A stretch of 64,000 nt of DNA from Lingula anatina (lineage: Eukaryota; Animalia; Brachiopoda). This document shows positions 1-12,967 of this stretch, piece after piece (position 1 is the first letter of the stretch; the number at the start of each line of letters is the position of its first letter). Where the stretch lies: NCBI GenBank assembly GCA_051362555.1, contig CM120645.1, forward strand, positions 9,052,001 to 9,116,000. The letters run 5' to 3'. The notes below the pieces were generated by a model. It saw nothing but the letters and a program-made list of their open reading frames with translations. It was not told the DNA's origin and searched no databases. A program made the translations under genes and the position numbers.

Positions 1-382
1 TGCCTGAAAGATGTGGTTGGATCGTGTATGAGAAAAGTAAGATACTGTACAAATGAACGTGTGACACATCAGAACCAAGCCCTGTTCTTGACTGACCTTG
101 GTCACACCAGAATACTGATTAGGATTGTATAATATTTCATTAAAAACAGTCCAGATTAGAATCCTTAAAACATTATGAGCATCTTCGAGGGATTTAAACC
201 ATAATCATGCATTGCCGCAAACACAAGTGCACTTTTTATCACGAACACTTGCTGCCGAAATTATCATAATTGTCATATATTTATATCCAGTAATGTATCA
301 AATATAAACAATGGAAAATGTGAAAGGTGGGTACCGTGAGTGTGAGAAAAAAGAATGGAAGAAAGGAAACGGAGCTGCTTAC

Positions 383-2762
383 AGCACAAGATCTTGTAAA
401 TCCAACAACACCGTGTTTTGATGCACAGTATGCAGGAAAACTAGGGAAATGAAGAAGACCTGAAATTATAAGAATGCAACTATTACAACTATACTCATCG
501 TATTCACGAAATAAATAATTTATTGCACTTTACTTGTATCTTGTGTAATGAATATAAAAGTGCAAAACGACCAGCTATATATTTTGGCTTATGTGGCATA
601 AAGTGGTGAGCCTTCATTCATCAAAGGGCCCTGGTCACACGAAGAAATCATATCTTCAAGAAAAGTGTGACTTTTTTATCATTGGACAGAAATAAAATCT
701 AGTATTCATGTTTGGCTGAATAAAATAATGAGTTAGCTGTGACAATTTTTGCTTTTTATCAACCTGAATGAATTCTTTACTTTCAACTCGATCCGCTTTG
801 TTTGGCTTTATATCTTCTGAATTGATAAAAATAGGTAGTAAAATTGCAATCCAAATAAAGACAATTTACCAGCAATGGACGCAGTGTTAACGATGATCCC
901 ACCGCTGCCACCATTATCTGCTCTCATACAGTCCATGGCTGCCGAGGCCAAGCGAAAGACACCTATCTGGAAAAAAATACCTTTTAAAAAAGGAATACGT
1001 TGGTGATCGTCGGTTTGAAAAAGAGCTCGTACAACAGTACAAACGATTAACTCGTCAACCTCAATGATTATGATACTAAAGACAACTCACCAAGTTCACT
1101 TCAATGGTTTTCTGTGGGATGCTTTCATCTAAGATCCCTGCGTTGTTACCTATGATATCGGGTGTTCCATAGACTTCCTTCACTGTTTTAATTGCTCCTG
1201 CAAAAAGTACATGTTAACACATTAAATGATGTGACTTTCCCCATCCTTAGTATACATGTTAACACAGGGTGAAGGCAGCATATATCGGGTATATCCCACA
1301 CCTCACATAAACCTGTTAGTCAATTGCAATTTTATATTACAGGTAAAACTTAAGATATGGACACGAATACATTTATTAGCGATAAGAAAATAACCACACA
1401 GTCGGTTTTTGTTTTATTTTACTTTATCAGGTTATTTTCTTTTCCTTGTATAGAACACAAAAGAATGTGGTCTTGACCTTAAACTTACGTTCAACGCTCT
1501 CGTCTTTTGTGACGTCACACTCCGTAAAGATCACTTTCCCTGCATACTGCTCTGCCAGTTCTGCTGCCGTCAACTTTCCTTGTGTTGCATTGATATCGGC
1601 AATAACTACCTACAATTAAAACAAACAACCAAAGCTGAAAGATGCTTCAAGATTTTTACAAAATCGGGTTACGGAACCGCGTGAATGTTTTAATTAAAAT
1701 TGATCATATTTTTTATATACCTGAAGTAACTTACATGTGGTTTGGCATACATGAAATTTTTATTTAATTAAAATTCAAATAGATATGCTTATTTTCCCAA
1801 TCTTGAATTACATATCAAAAAATATCTCATTTTGTAGATATAAAGTGTTTCAACAGCACACTGACTTTATCTGTATAGTTTCCTCATATTTCTTGCGATA
1901 TGATTGAAAATGTCATCTCATATCCCATAGCCTACTGAAGTAAACTCCTGTCCATGTAGACACAGGTCAGTTGTATATTTATATTAAACTAAAAAATGCA
2001 CTTGAAAAATTACAAAAAAATTACAAATATACAGACGATAAACAAATATATAATTACTTATCGATAACTATTGCGCATTCACGATATCAGGTCAGTTTTC
2101 CTTTGAAGCAACAAAGATGTAAATTGTGTTTATAAAACATTGGTATTTCAAATCAGGTTTCAGCCTGGCCACTATTTATTTTTAAAACAGGAGCAAATCA
2201 AAGTCTTGAAAGCGTTTTGGTACCAAGCGATGTCAAACTTTAGGATAACAAAAGACGAAACGCAGTGGGTTGTGTAAATTCACATGATGTTCAGTCTCCC
2301 TTATTGCCAGTGTTTAACTATACACTGTTTGTAGAACAAAGTTCAAAAATGCTACCAGAATGCTTTCATGCCTCTACAACTAAACCCAACTGTTTTTCCC
2401 ACAAAGTCAAAATGGGTCAATTAATTCACTGTATCTAGACAATTCAATCTTAGCCTTGAAGTTTCCGACTCAAATTTAACATTTTCTTGATTCCTCTTCT
2501 CCGCCTAACCTGAATACTGAACTACTTTGCATTTTGAGCGCTGATCAACCAGGCATTTGCATCAATTAACAAAATATCATTTTTAAAGTGGATATATCGA
2601 AGAAATTGTCTGCTAGACAACCACTACTAGCTGATGGCATTCAACAACTGTTTTAACTGGAATTCTCACCTTAGCTCCCTTTTTCAGCAGTGCCTCACAT
2701 ATAGCTCGTCCTATTCCCTGTGCCCCACCAGTAACAAGCGCCACTTTGTCCTGGATTATCAT
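383..2762 (-). CDS. HPGD: 15-hydroxyprostaglandin dehydrogenase-like SDR, copy 1 (3'-partial, most divergent paralog)
   Basis: Exons 2762-2670, 1609-1489, 1197-1091, 966-870, 459-383 with GT-AG sites and consistent phase. Motifs [29 protein letters not shown] match human 15-PGDH. Exons 6-7 lie essentially outside the window (possible acceptor at about position 4). Confidence 0.9.
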
Positions 2763-3994
2763 CTTGTTCCACCTTTTAAATGAAATTACTATTGCCTTCT
2801 TCCACAAATAATTTTATTCGTGCTCGTTTTTGTGCTGCCAACTTCCAACTGCTTGCAGAGCGACTGCTCCAGCTTCAGCTCCAAGGGTCGTCTGCGCCTG
2901 GCTTCTCAGCAGACGACATCCAAATTGTGCAAATGGCTTACTTAGTTCCGAGTTCTGGGTGAGTTTGAAATGATGAACTTTAGACTACACAGCAAACAGG
3001 GGGGATAGCATTACGTACTCGTATCATCAACCCATTTAGACACGATAAGATAAATATTTATTTAGTCAAACATACATATATATAACACAATATCGGGAAT
3101 GAATTGTCCAGTAAAAGCGACGTTGTGTTTAAAAAAAACTGGAAGCAGTAACAATAAAATAAGTTTAATACTTAAGTATTTAAAAGGGATACAGGAGAAG
3201 GATTAAAGCTACATAAAATATGCTACTACTAATTAGATTTTTTTAGTTAAGCCTATAGTTGCTTGGTAAAAATTAAAGGTTGTGAACTGGATGAAAAAAC
3301 TGTCCCTAGTCAAGTAACCAGTACGTAGATTACACAAAATGTTCCGTTATTTACAAATTGAGCAAGTTCTGGAATTTTTGTCGTCTGCCCTTGGCTCTAA
3401 CCTAGGTCTCTCCGGGCGTCAGGAAAAAGCCTTCTGATTACTCGTCTGACCTAAATAAAGGGATTAATCTCTGAATGAGGGAACACGTTTAAGAGTCAAA
3501 AGTGCTCGTCAATATACCTTCTACTGGCAGGCCTCAAGCACTAACCAGTACTTCAATCCGTGCTGTATAATTAACGCAGTTTCTCTTGATGAGATAAGCG
3601 TACAGGCTAAAATAGGATCTTTCATAAAAGTCAACGCCATGCACAGGCCTCTGTTTAATAGAGTATGCCAGCCCATGTACTCCACTTGTCACGTATCATT
3701 AGGCAAGAAACTCGTGACCCATAGCCTTTTTTTCCAGCTGCCGAATTGTTTTGGAATTGAAATTAGAAAAAGAACTTTTGAACTTTGCTCATACAACTTC
3801 AACTTGGTTGGCAGTTTTATGCGTTAAACAACATGGCTTTAAAACCCACCAATTTAATAATTGTTAAAAAGTTTCTCTATAAGCGTTTCGTTCTGGACAC
3901 CGGGGTGTTGTCTTTTCTAGTGCCTCACATCTGTTTCTTTTTTTCTTCAGAGTAAAATAGTTACGGTAAACAAGCCTTCTTCTTTGAGTGGTCG

Positions 3995-5663
3995 TTACTG
4001 ATATATTGGAAACTCGATGTCTCGCGGCGGACCCTTTCGTGAGATGAGCATAGCTGCACCATTCTTGCTTTCATCCTCAACTAGGTTTATGAATACATCA
4101 GCCACTGCAGATGGTCTAAGTGGAAAAAAGTATAAAAATATATTTTGAATGATAGCCTACTAATAAAAATACCATTATATTCAAATTTAGAAAGAAGCTA
4201 CTATTAAGAATTGTTTTCTCGATATCGGCTACTTACGCAATAAGATTGAAATAAGATTTAAACGAGATATTGGAAGTCAATAAACATTTTAGCCAGTTAA
4301 CCTATTCGTTTCATACATCCTATATTGCAAGTTTAAACTATGTTATATTTTGCTATCGGTTCAAAAGTTGCTCGGGTCTCCTTCCAACATTCAGGTTCTA
4401 AAAGAGCAAAAAGGTATTATAAAGCAGGACCCATACAGCAAAACCTTCATACACTTCATGTACAGTATATCATTAAAAACCTTAAATTATTTGAATGAAT
4501 GCATTCTGTAAACCCTTTGAAACATGAAAACTGTGCAACGCAACACATACTTCAGCAGTAGCTGGTTCACTGCTTCTTTGATGTGATCGTAATGGAAAAT
4601 AAATCCTTTCTTTTCGCCCTCTTTGGAAACACGCCTCACCATGGCGGTATCAACCGCATCTGGGCAAAGGCAGTTCATTCGTACTTTGTGCAAATCAAAA
4701 TCTGGACTCATCTGTAAAATAAAAAATATGCAGACAAAAAAGTGCAGAATTTCTCTCAACATTTTTGCAAAATTTGCACCTAAGTTATCCGTCCCATTCT
4801 GGTTACGTTGCAAAGGCTGTGAATGCTACTCTGTCCGCCATTTTGGACCTCTGCGCACAAAGAGCACAATGCCGGGGACAGTCACCAAGTTTTAATTTCA
4901 GTGCATGCCTATCTGCGGAATTGTGGGCTCTTTCCGTCGTCAGGGTGAAGAAAAAGGTATGAGTTTTTTTAAAGTACCGGTTTTTGCCTTCGCCCTAGCA
5001 ACGTGCCTGTGCACCAGAATTAACAATATAATTCAGTCCTGTGAAATAACTTACAGCGATAGACCTTGTGAATCCAACAACACCATGCTTTGAAGCACAA
5101 TACGAGGGACAAACGACATAGGGCATAATGCCTGAAAACATTAAAAGAACAAGATTCAATGCAAAGGTTTTCCAACTTCAAATAATTATTCTCCATTAGT
5201 TGATAGCTTTTAGAGCAAAAATCCTCTTTTTCGTTTTATTCACCACCCAGAGCGCGTCATGATTTGTAAATTGGTGTAAGATTGTGATAGGTTTACTTTG
5301 TTACTCCTTGCTTAGCCAGATACCATCATGAAAATTGGAATGCCGTACTAGATGGTGTGAAACACAATCACGTGCCATTGTTTGCATTAAAGGTGTTTTA
5401 ATGTTTGCATTAAAAGTCTCTCATTACTATGGTCCTGTCAAGCTTTCAACATGTGTTAAATCAGTGTAATAGAAGTTTTATATCAGGTTACTTATATATG
5501 TTATCACATCAATATACAAATATCATTACCAGCATATGAAGCCGTATTTACAATGATCCCACCGCTGCCACCATTATCAGCTCTCATATAACTCATGGCA
5601 ACTGCTGCTACACGCATCACTCCGCACTGGTATCACATAAAGTATTGTCAGTGGGAAAAAACA

Positions 5664-5706
<43 letters not shown>

Positions 5707-8700
5707 TGCAATATTAAGTCCATGTTTGTCTCGTTTTAAAATTTAGAACTTATAGGTTTCTCTTTGGGACTTGACAATGCCATTAACACTATGTTTAACA
5801 TTTATTTCAATAAAATATAATTTTATTTAAAATGTAGGATTTTGCTTTTATTGCAATGTATACCAAGTAGCTAGCTAAATACAAATCAGTAACTGGCAAT
5901 TTAGATCTCAAAAGAATTAGTTCCCACATTTGTGACATTTGGCACAGGAATGATATCATTTAGAAAACTCACCAAATTCAAGTTGATTGTTCCTATGGGA
6001 TCATTTTCCATCATGACGCCTGCGTTATTACCAATGATATCCAGTCGCCCGTATGTGTCATGAGATTTTCTTAACGCATCTGAAAAGGAAATTGCAACCG
6101 TAAAATGTGCTTGGTAACTCTATTCTACTCCAATGGCCCAGGCTATTTTTCATAATAATGATAATATTTATAATAATATCGATTCAACTTTCAAATGATT
6201 AAAGTGTTTGTTTTTTTTCATCATTTAGCCAATTCAGACAATTAAGCCAATTTAGAAGTATTGTTTTATCATTGTGTACAGTTCCCAGTAAAACACAGAA
6301 TTAATGTGAGATCTCGGGCCATGTTGACACTGTGTCAATCCACTCAAAACAGGAGTTAACATGCAGTTGTGCCAAAGCAAAGGAACATTATAACTGAAAT
6401 ATAATAAAGCTTTTTGCTAAAATATCGTGTTCACCCTCCGAAGCTGCGGTACTGTATTCTTAGCCCCCGTCACACTTATTCGGAATCAGCAGGAATCAAG
6501 CAGATCCAGCCGGAATGACTAAATTTAAAAATTGGTACTACATTCGGGAAGAAATTTCAAATTGACCTAAATTATTGTAAGAATGCCGTTGGAATACTCG
6601 GAATGCGCTTGAATCCGCCTGGAATGATTCGTGCACATTTCGGCTGTATGCAGCTCAAATGCAGCTCGAATGTAGTTGGAAAAAAGGAATATCAATAATG
6701 CTATCAGAATGCAGCCAGAACATTTAGAATACACTTCTAATGCCGTACGAGTGTAGTTCGATTGCTGGCTGAAATAAGATCGAGATGCATTCGAGTTGCA
6801 TTCTGGCTCATTCTAGCAGGATTTGAAGTGTCTTGACATTTCGGTTCTCCTTCGAATGTGATCAGAATGTTTCGAATGCTGTCGGAATGCCGTGAGAATA
6901 TTTAGAATGCAGTCATAGTGCAGTTAGAATACTAATCAAATGCCATTCGAAAATTTTCCACTTGGAATGCACTTCGAAAGTTTTTAACATGAGCAAAACA
7001 TTCGGACCCAGCACAAGAATGGGTAGAAATATTTGAAATGCACTCGGAATTCTTAGAATGCTCTTCGAATATCCAGGAAGGCACAAAGAATTGTCTTTCC
7101 GACGGCATTCTTGCTCATTCCGCCTCTAGTTTGACGGGGGTATAAGCAATTTGGTCTTAATTTGTTTTTTGATAATGTGAGACTTGAAATTAATACCACA
7201 AACACGTTAGTCTTAATATCATAAATTAAATATCAAAAATAAATTTATATGCCATGTAATTGGTACTTATGAATACCTTCCACACTTTCCTGATTCGTGA
7301 CGTCACATTCAATGAAGGTGACGTTATCAGCATACTCAGTGGCAAGCTCTGACGCCGTCGACTTCCCCTCTGTGACGTTGATATCGGCTATAATAACCTG
7401 AGAAGAGAAGTGAGTCGGGTTTAAGTACAGTGTAGAGAAATGTGCAAAACTATCAACGGTAATACGTTCCTACGAAACCGATGCAGAATAAATAAATAAA
7501 TGTCAAACAAAACACTTTCTGTAATCTGCACTCTTTTAATCTGAGCGTAAGTTCTGTACAAAACATCCGTATTCTGAATTAACCTCCAGCTGGGTAATAA
7601 ACTAGAAGGCAGTTTTTTTTTATTTTTTGCGTCTATGATAGCTGTTGTTAGGACTCGCTTTACAGTTAAAGCCATTTGAAATGCATGCACATACGGTGCA
7701 CGTACACTGCCCGTAAATCCCTTTTTGTATGAGCGGAAGTAGACGGTGACCGTGCGAAATCGCACGGAATCGTACGAATTTAAGGCCTCCGCAGTCTCTG
7801 CAATTTTGTCTAGCTGCACCTTTTGGCAAATGCTTAATATCGTCAGCCCGTAGATTGTGAAGTTGATAAGCCTTGATTACATTTGCCATGGGCGCTGTAC
7901 GATGAAATTATACGATTTTCCGTACGATTTTTTTCAATCGTAAGTAGCTACGGGCTACGGCGAATATAACGTGTGGGGACCGTGTTATTTCTCGAACATT
8001 ACCTCGAGGTCACGTGGGGAAAATCATATTTTGTTTGAAAAATGAAACGATTCAAAAAGTTTGTCAAAAGTTTCAGCTTGACAAAATTGTTAGAGGCTAT
8101 GGGGGTCCTGAATCCGTAAGCATTTCGTACGATTTCGCACTGTCACCGCCTGCGGATTTACGGGCAGTTTACGGACATCGCATGGCAAATGTAAACGAGT
8201 TACGGGTTCTCATGGACCATTTTGCACTAAATTTGCGCTCAAATTATCATGTTATTCCTCATACTGTTATCTTACCTGTCTCTTATTTCGCATTTGGGTT
8301 GTAGGAAGCTTAATAATAGTAAATGTTTTTTTTTTTCCTTTTTTAACTTGAAAATGTGCGTCTCCTTGATATTTCGACGTTAGTGGTCAAATACGCATGG
8401 GGGCTGCACCGACAACGTATCAAACAGCATTGCAGCCCCACGGTCACTGTTCACCAACTGCACAGTGGCTGAAAGGGCTCCGTATATGATTGCCAAACCG
8501 ATCTTTCACGACCTGACCTCAAGGTCATGTAAGAGAAATGGCACGGCGACCGTATGTAATGTAGACAAACTGCCCCTTGCTATCTCAAAAAAATTGTACG
8601 GTCAACCGTAAACGATTTCATCGCACGGCGCCTGTGACAAATGAAATCAGGCTTAACGCACGGATATGGAGAATAAAACATATTACGGCTAGGGTTACTT

Positions 8701-9005
8701 CTTCGGTTCAGTGTAACCAATTATTGAATATTTAGTAATACTTTACTGCATTAGTCTGGCCTTGGACATAATAACGTTATTATGTCCAAGGTCTGGCATT
8801 CCCCTTTCGTCAATCGCACACTGGGAGTGAGAAAAATTATCTTACAATCAGTCGTTGCAAGTCAATTTAAAAGTTACACGTAATACAGTGTGTATAGTTC
8901 ACGCTACGTCACCTTGGCTCCTTTTTTCAGCAGTGCCTCACATATAGCGCGTCCTATTCCCTGTGCCCCGCCAGTAACAAACCCTACTTTGTCCTGGATG
9001 ATCAT
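3995..9005 (-). CDS. HPGD: HPGD-like SDR, copy 2 (intact, 7 coding exons)
   Basis: Exons 9005-8913, 7397-7277, 6079-5973, 5626-5530, 5131-5055, 4711-4551, 4115-3995 (93/121/107/97/77/161/121 nt). GGAQGIG, NNAG, NTAS, CPSYCASK; ends DIEFPIYQ-TAA. Confidence 0.92.
5664..5705. repeat. (ATT)n microsatellite
   Basis: Direct reading. Other microsatellites: (GTTT)n about 9628-9659, (AAT)n about 21755-21798, (ATTT)n about 42998-43050, (AG)n about 47039-47055, (TC)n about 60456-60480. Confidence 0.9.
6462..7142. mobile_element. PIF/Harbinger-like non-autonomous element (about 680 bp) in copy 2 intron 2
   Basis: TIR CCCCCGTCACACT...AGTTTGACGGGGG. Absent at the paralogous site in copy 4 (about 22210). 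Interior densely filled with GAAT/ATTC words. TSD is not clean. Confidence 0.75.
7670..8653. mobile_element. Compound Harbinger-like insertion in copy 2 intron 1
   Basis: Flanked by TAA...TAA; empty site in copies 3 and 4 (ggtcaacgca). TIR pair AGCCTTGATTACATTTG (about 7869) / CAAATGAAATCAGGCT (ends 8653). Segment 7700-7830 is an inverted copy of about 8060-8175. Confidence 0.75.
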
Positions 9006-12000
9006 ACTGCCATGAACTTCAGTGCCTTGAAGGTAGTTTACAATCCCCGTCTGTAGAGAAAGGTCCCTAGAACAACAAAGGCAGGTTAACTTAAGAGAGG
9101 AAATCGCCGAAAATTCATTGAGTGTTAAAAGAATTGAAAAAGCAATAACTGGATACTATCATTTTGAAATAATTGAAAACAAAAAGTATAAAAAATACTT
9201 TCTCATGGTAGACTTAGACTTTAAAACGTTACAGTTAAATTAAAAAGTTAAAACGTTACGGCGGTACGTACCTGCTTTTCCTCAGAACAGTAAAGCAGGG
9301 ATATGTGCCTGTAAACCTATGGCGTGTTCATTTTATGAATTTTTTTCTCGTGATTTATGAATCAAGTATCAAGTTACATGTACGTGACCCGTTTTATATA
9401 AAATGGACCTTGTGTATAGTATAGGTCCGTTGAGTCCATTGCAGTAGAAAAGTTAAGTTGTTCAAATTTGAATGTAACAGATGAGCTGATGTGATTCAAC
9501 GCAATCGTGTTTTTAATATAATTTATCGACTCTCTTTCACCCCACAAGTTTTATTTCTGGTGTCATAATGTGAATTGATATTTTATAGATATAAAATGCA
9601 CAATTTATTAGCCTTATAGAGGTTTTTTGTTTGTTTGTTTGTTTGTTTGTTTGTTTGTTCCTTTATTACTTTTCAATTTCGTGAAAAAATCTTAAAGTGC
9701 AACCAGAGTAGAGACTGTTTTGGGACACTGTTTAAACATAAAATATATTATTGTTCATTTCTATCCAGAGTCCAAGAGCTCAATGTACCATAAATTATAG
9801 TGATTATACTGTATTATCTTTCGTGTAATCGTGTGTTTCTGCGCATCATCATATTCGTATTAATAAGGAAGCTCGTGCGGATTTAAATATGTGGAGGAGA
9901 TTCAGGGCCGTAGCCTGAGAAAAATGCCAGGGGGGGGGGGGGGGGGGCAGTAAGCGGACATGAGGAGGCGAAGGCCCCGAAGAGTCTGCATTCTTTGCAT
10001 ATTACTATCTTGAAGTGTTATCCCATCGTTGCTGCTTTTTGTTCCCGCAGGACCACGTGCGTGATATAAAAAGTACTTATAACAACGAGGCTCTCATTTT
10101 TATTCTGAATAGAGTTTTTTATGCCTATTGTAAAAATCATAAGGTTGTGAACTGGGTGAAAACTGTCCAGAGTCAAGTGAACAGTACATAAAAATCACAC
10201 AAAATGTCCCCTGCAATCCTCCCGTTTTCTACAATTGGGCAAGTTCTGGAATTTTTGTCGTCTGCCCTTTGTCTCTAACTTAGCTCTCTCCGCGCGTCCA
10301 AAAAAGTATTCTGATTTCCCATCTGACCTTAAAAAGGGATTAATCTCTTAATGAGGGGAGCACGTTTGAAAGTCAAAAAAGCTCTTCAATATTCATTATA
10401 CTGGTAGACCTCTCGCACTTATTTCAATGCATTATAAACACTAGGCCTACATGTAAAAATGGTACTGAAAAATGTTTTTTTTTTCTTTTAGAAATTTAAA
10501 TAAGGATTCATACAGAGCTGTGGCACTACCATAAAAATCTGTCTACAGAATGTTAGTGCTGAGGGGTCCTTACATTTATGTATTAATATTAGATATGTAA
10601 CTTTATATGATCGAGTAGGCCTATTCTGCAACCTGCACTTTTCTGAATGCGCAGAACTTTTGCGCATCTCTCTAATGCGCATGCGTCCATACGCGAAAAA
10701 AAAAGAATTCAGAATTTCTTCACAGCCTTTTTATTGAAAAATTAGGAAATTTCTGTATGACTCACTATAACAAACAATAAGCCAAGATTTAACACAACTT
10801 GAAACAACCGCTATATTGTGATTGCCTTGACGATTGTGAACCATTTTCCACCAGATGTGTTAGTTGTGACAGAGTGCTTACCTATGCTTGCAACGTTGTT
10901 CTCTTGAATCTACCGAGTGCAAAAGTAGCTCGGCAAATGAAGTTTCTTTCTTTATCAATCGATTTTTTTTTTGATTTCCAAAATTCTCTACGTTCACAAA
11001 TAAACCAAGAATTATATACAAATAACCAAAATAAAATTCAGATAGATACGTGCACATAAAAGAGTAACGAATCTATGCCAGGCTTCTTCTGTAAGTGGTT
11101 GTCACTGATATACCGGAAACTCGATGTCTCGCGGAGGACCCTTTCGTGGGATAAGCAAAGCCGCTCCTTTCTTGCTTTCATCCTCAACCAGGTCTATGAA
11201 TACATCAGCCACTGCAGGTGGCCTAAGGGGAAAGAGAATTATATAAGAAATATATATAAACACTACATGTACAGTATATCATTAAAAACAAAAAGAATGT
11301 ATATGCCTACATTTTAAAACATGGAAACCGTGCAACGTTACACGTACTTTAGCGGTGTTTGCTTCACTGCATCTTTGACGTGATCATAATGGACAATAAA
11401 CCCTTTCTTTTCGCCTTCTTTGGAAAACGGCTGATCATGGGGGTATCAACCATGTCCGGGCATAGGCAGTTCATGCGTACTTTGTGCAAATCAAAATCTG
11501 GACTCATCTGTAAAGTAAAAAAATAATATACAGACAAAAATGTGCAGTACAATTTTTTTATCTCAACAATATTGCAAAACTTGCACCTGGAGTTATGGTG
11601 TGTTTCGGTTTTATTTTCTTCGACCTTACAACTTGGCTGCGCACCAGAAGTTACAACAAGTCAATACTGTGAAATAACTTACAGCAATAGACCTTGTGAA
11701 TCCAACGATGCCATACTTTGAGACACAATTTGAGGGACAGGCGAAAAAGGGCATAATGCCTGAAAAGATTAAAAAATCAAGATTCAATGTTGAAGTTTTC
11801 TAATTTCAAATATTGTCCATTAGCTGATGGCTTAAACCTGGTTTAAGGGAGATCGATACTTTATATTGACCAAATGGTCAAAATAGCTTTTACCCTTTAT
11901 TCATATGGATAGATCTAATTTAAACAGATACTACTGCAGAAATCCCTTTGTTTTGTCCACCACCCAGAGCGTATTTGCTTTTACACAATGCCCCCGTACA

Positions 12001-12047
12001 TGATTTGGTTTAAGATTGTGAGAGGTTTGTGCTGTATTTCCGTACCC

Positions 12048-12341
12048 CAGTCTTATAAGTCTAGTGGAGGGGGTCAGGGGGGGTCCTGACCCCCTTCATT
12101 TTCTTTAAAAAATCCCACTAATATTCCACTTTAGAAAATAGATAGTTGACTAGCTCAATCACAGTTCTAAACCGTACCAAATAGCACCGTTTGTGCTCCA
12201 AAACACCAAGAAAATTTTCAAGGCCCTTGCGCGGGCCTCGAACCCCACGCCAAGGGGGCGTGAGTCGGTTTCATATCCGAGGCCTGTCATTCCTTAAATA
12301 AAAACCGAATCCCCCTTCAAGTAATCCTGGATCCGCCACTG
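12048..12341. mobile_element. hAT-like MITE remnant (CAGTGGCGGATCCAGG-type end)
   Basis: Right end CCTGGATCCGCCACTG, G/C tracts, GC-rich core; absent from the paralogous introns. A related end CCTGGATCTGCCCCTG lies at about 34273-34288. Confidence 0.6.
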
Positions 12342-12744
12342 CAGATGCCGTCATTAAAATTGTAATGGTTGACAACGAAGGTGTGAAATACAATCTGGTG
12401 CTAGTGTTTGCACTAAATTCGTCTTGCTTATGAGATAGAAGCGCCTTATTAAATAGAACCTTTCAAACAAAGGCATTATTTCTCCTACTTACTGTAAAAA
12501 ATCAGAAGTAAGCTTTTTAAGAAGATTACCTGTATCCATATTGTAGAACTTATTGTTGTGATTTCATAGGCTTTAAAACGATGTTGATAGCTGTTCAGGT
12601 GCAGGAGATTTTTGGCACAAAACGCTGCTGTTACGTCATCAGCACCAGTAAGCGCATTCACCCAGATGTATTTTTGATGTGACATCATTATGTCATAACA
12701 TGACAAAGTTAGTTTCCGCATTATGTAAGCGCATTAAGTCCTTA

Positions 12745-12967
12745 TACCCCCTTTACACTGGACGGCGTCCTTTCTGCGTCCTCTCTGCGACCATGAAATT
12801 TGGCATCGCTGTGGTCTTAATAAGGAGGCACGAGCATTAATTTTGTATCAGAATGAATGCTCAATGATCGGCCAGTTGTCGGCACGTAAAATATTATAAT
12901 TTTTAAACTCTCAAATGGGGCCGTACTGCTGGACGCAGAAAGGACGCCGTCCAGTGTAAAGGGGGCT
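12745..12967. mobile_element. PIF/Harbinger-like MITE, 223 bp
   Basis: About 35-bp TIR CCCCCTTTACACTGGACGGCGTCCTTTCTGCGTCC and its reverse complement; TTA target duplication. Confidence 0.88.

Noticed and set aside
7421-8304. ORFs of 89-132 aa within the intron-1 insertion
   Set aside because: No transposase or other recognisable motif; they cross insertion boundaries or sit in repetitive sequence.
11075-11317. Duplicated plus-strand ORF (also 19680-19889) as a small conserved gene
   Set aside because: It is the antisense shadow of HPGD exon 7 and flanks; the similarity reflects the recent duplication.
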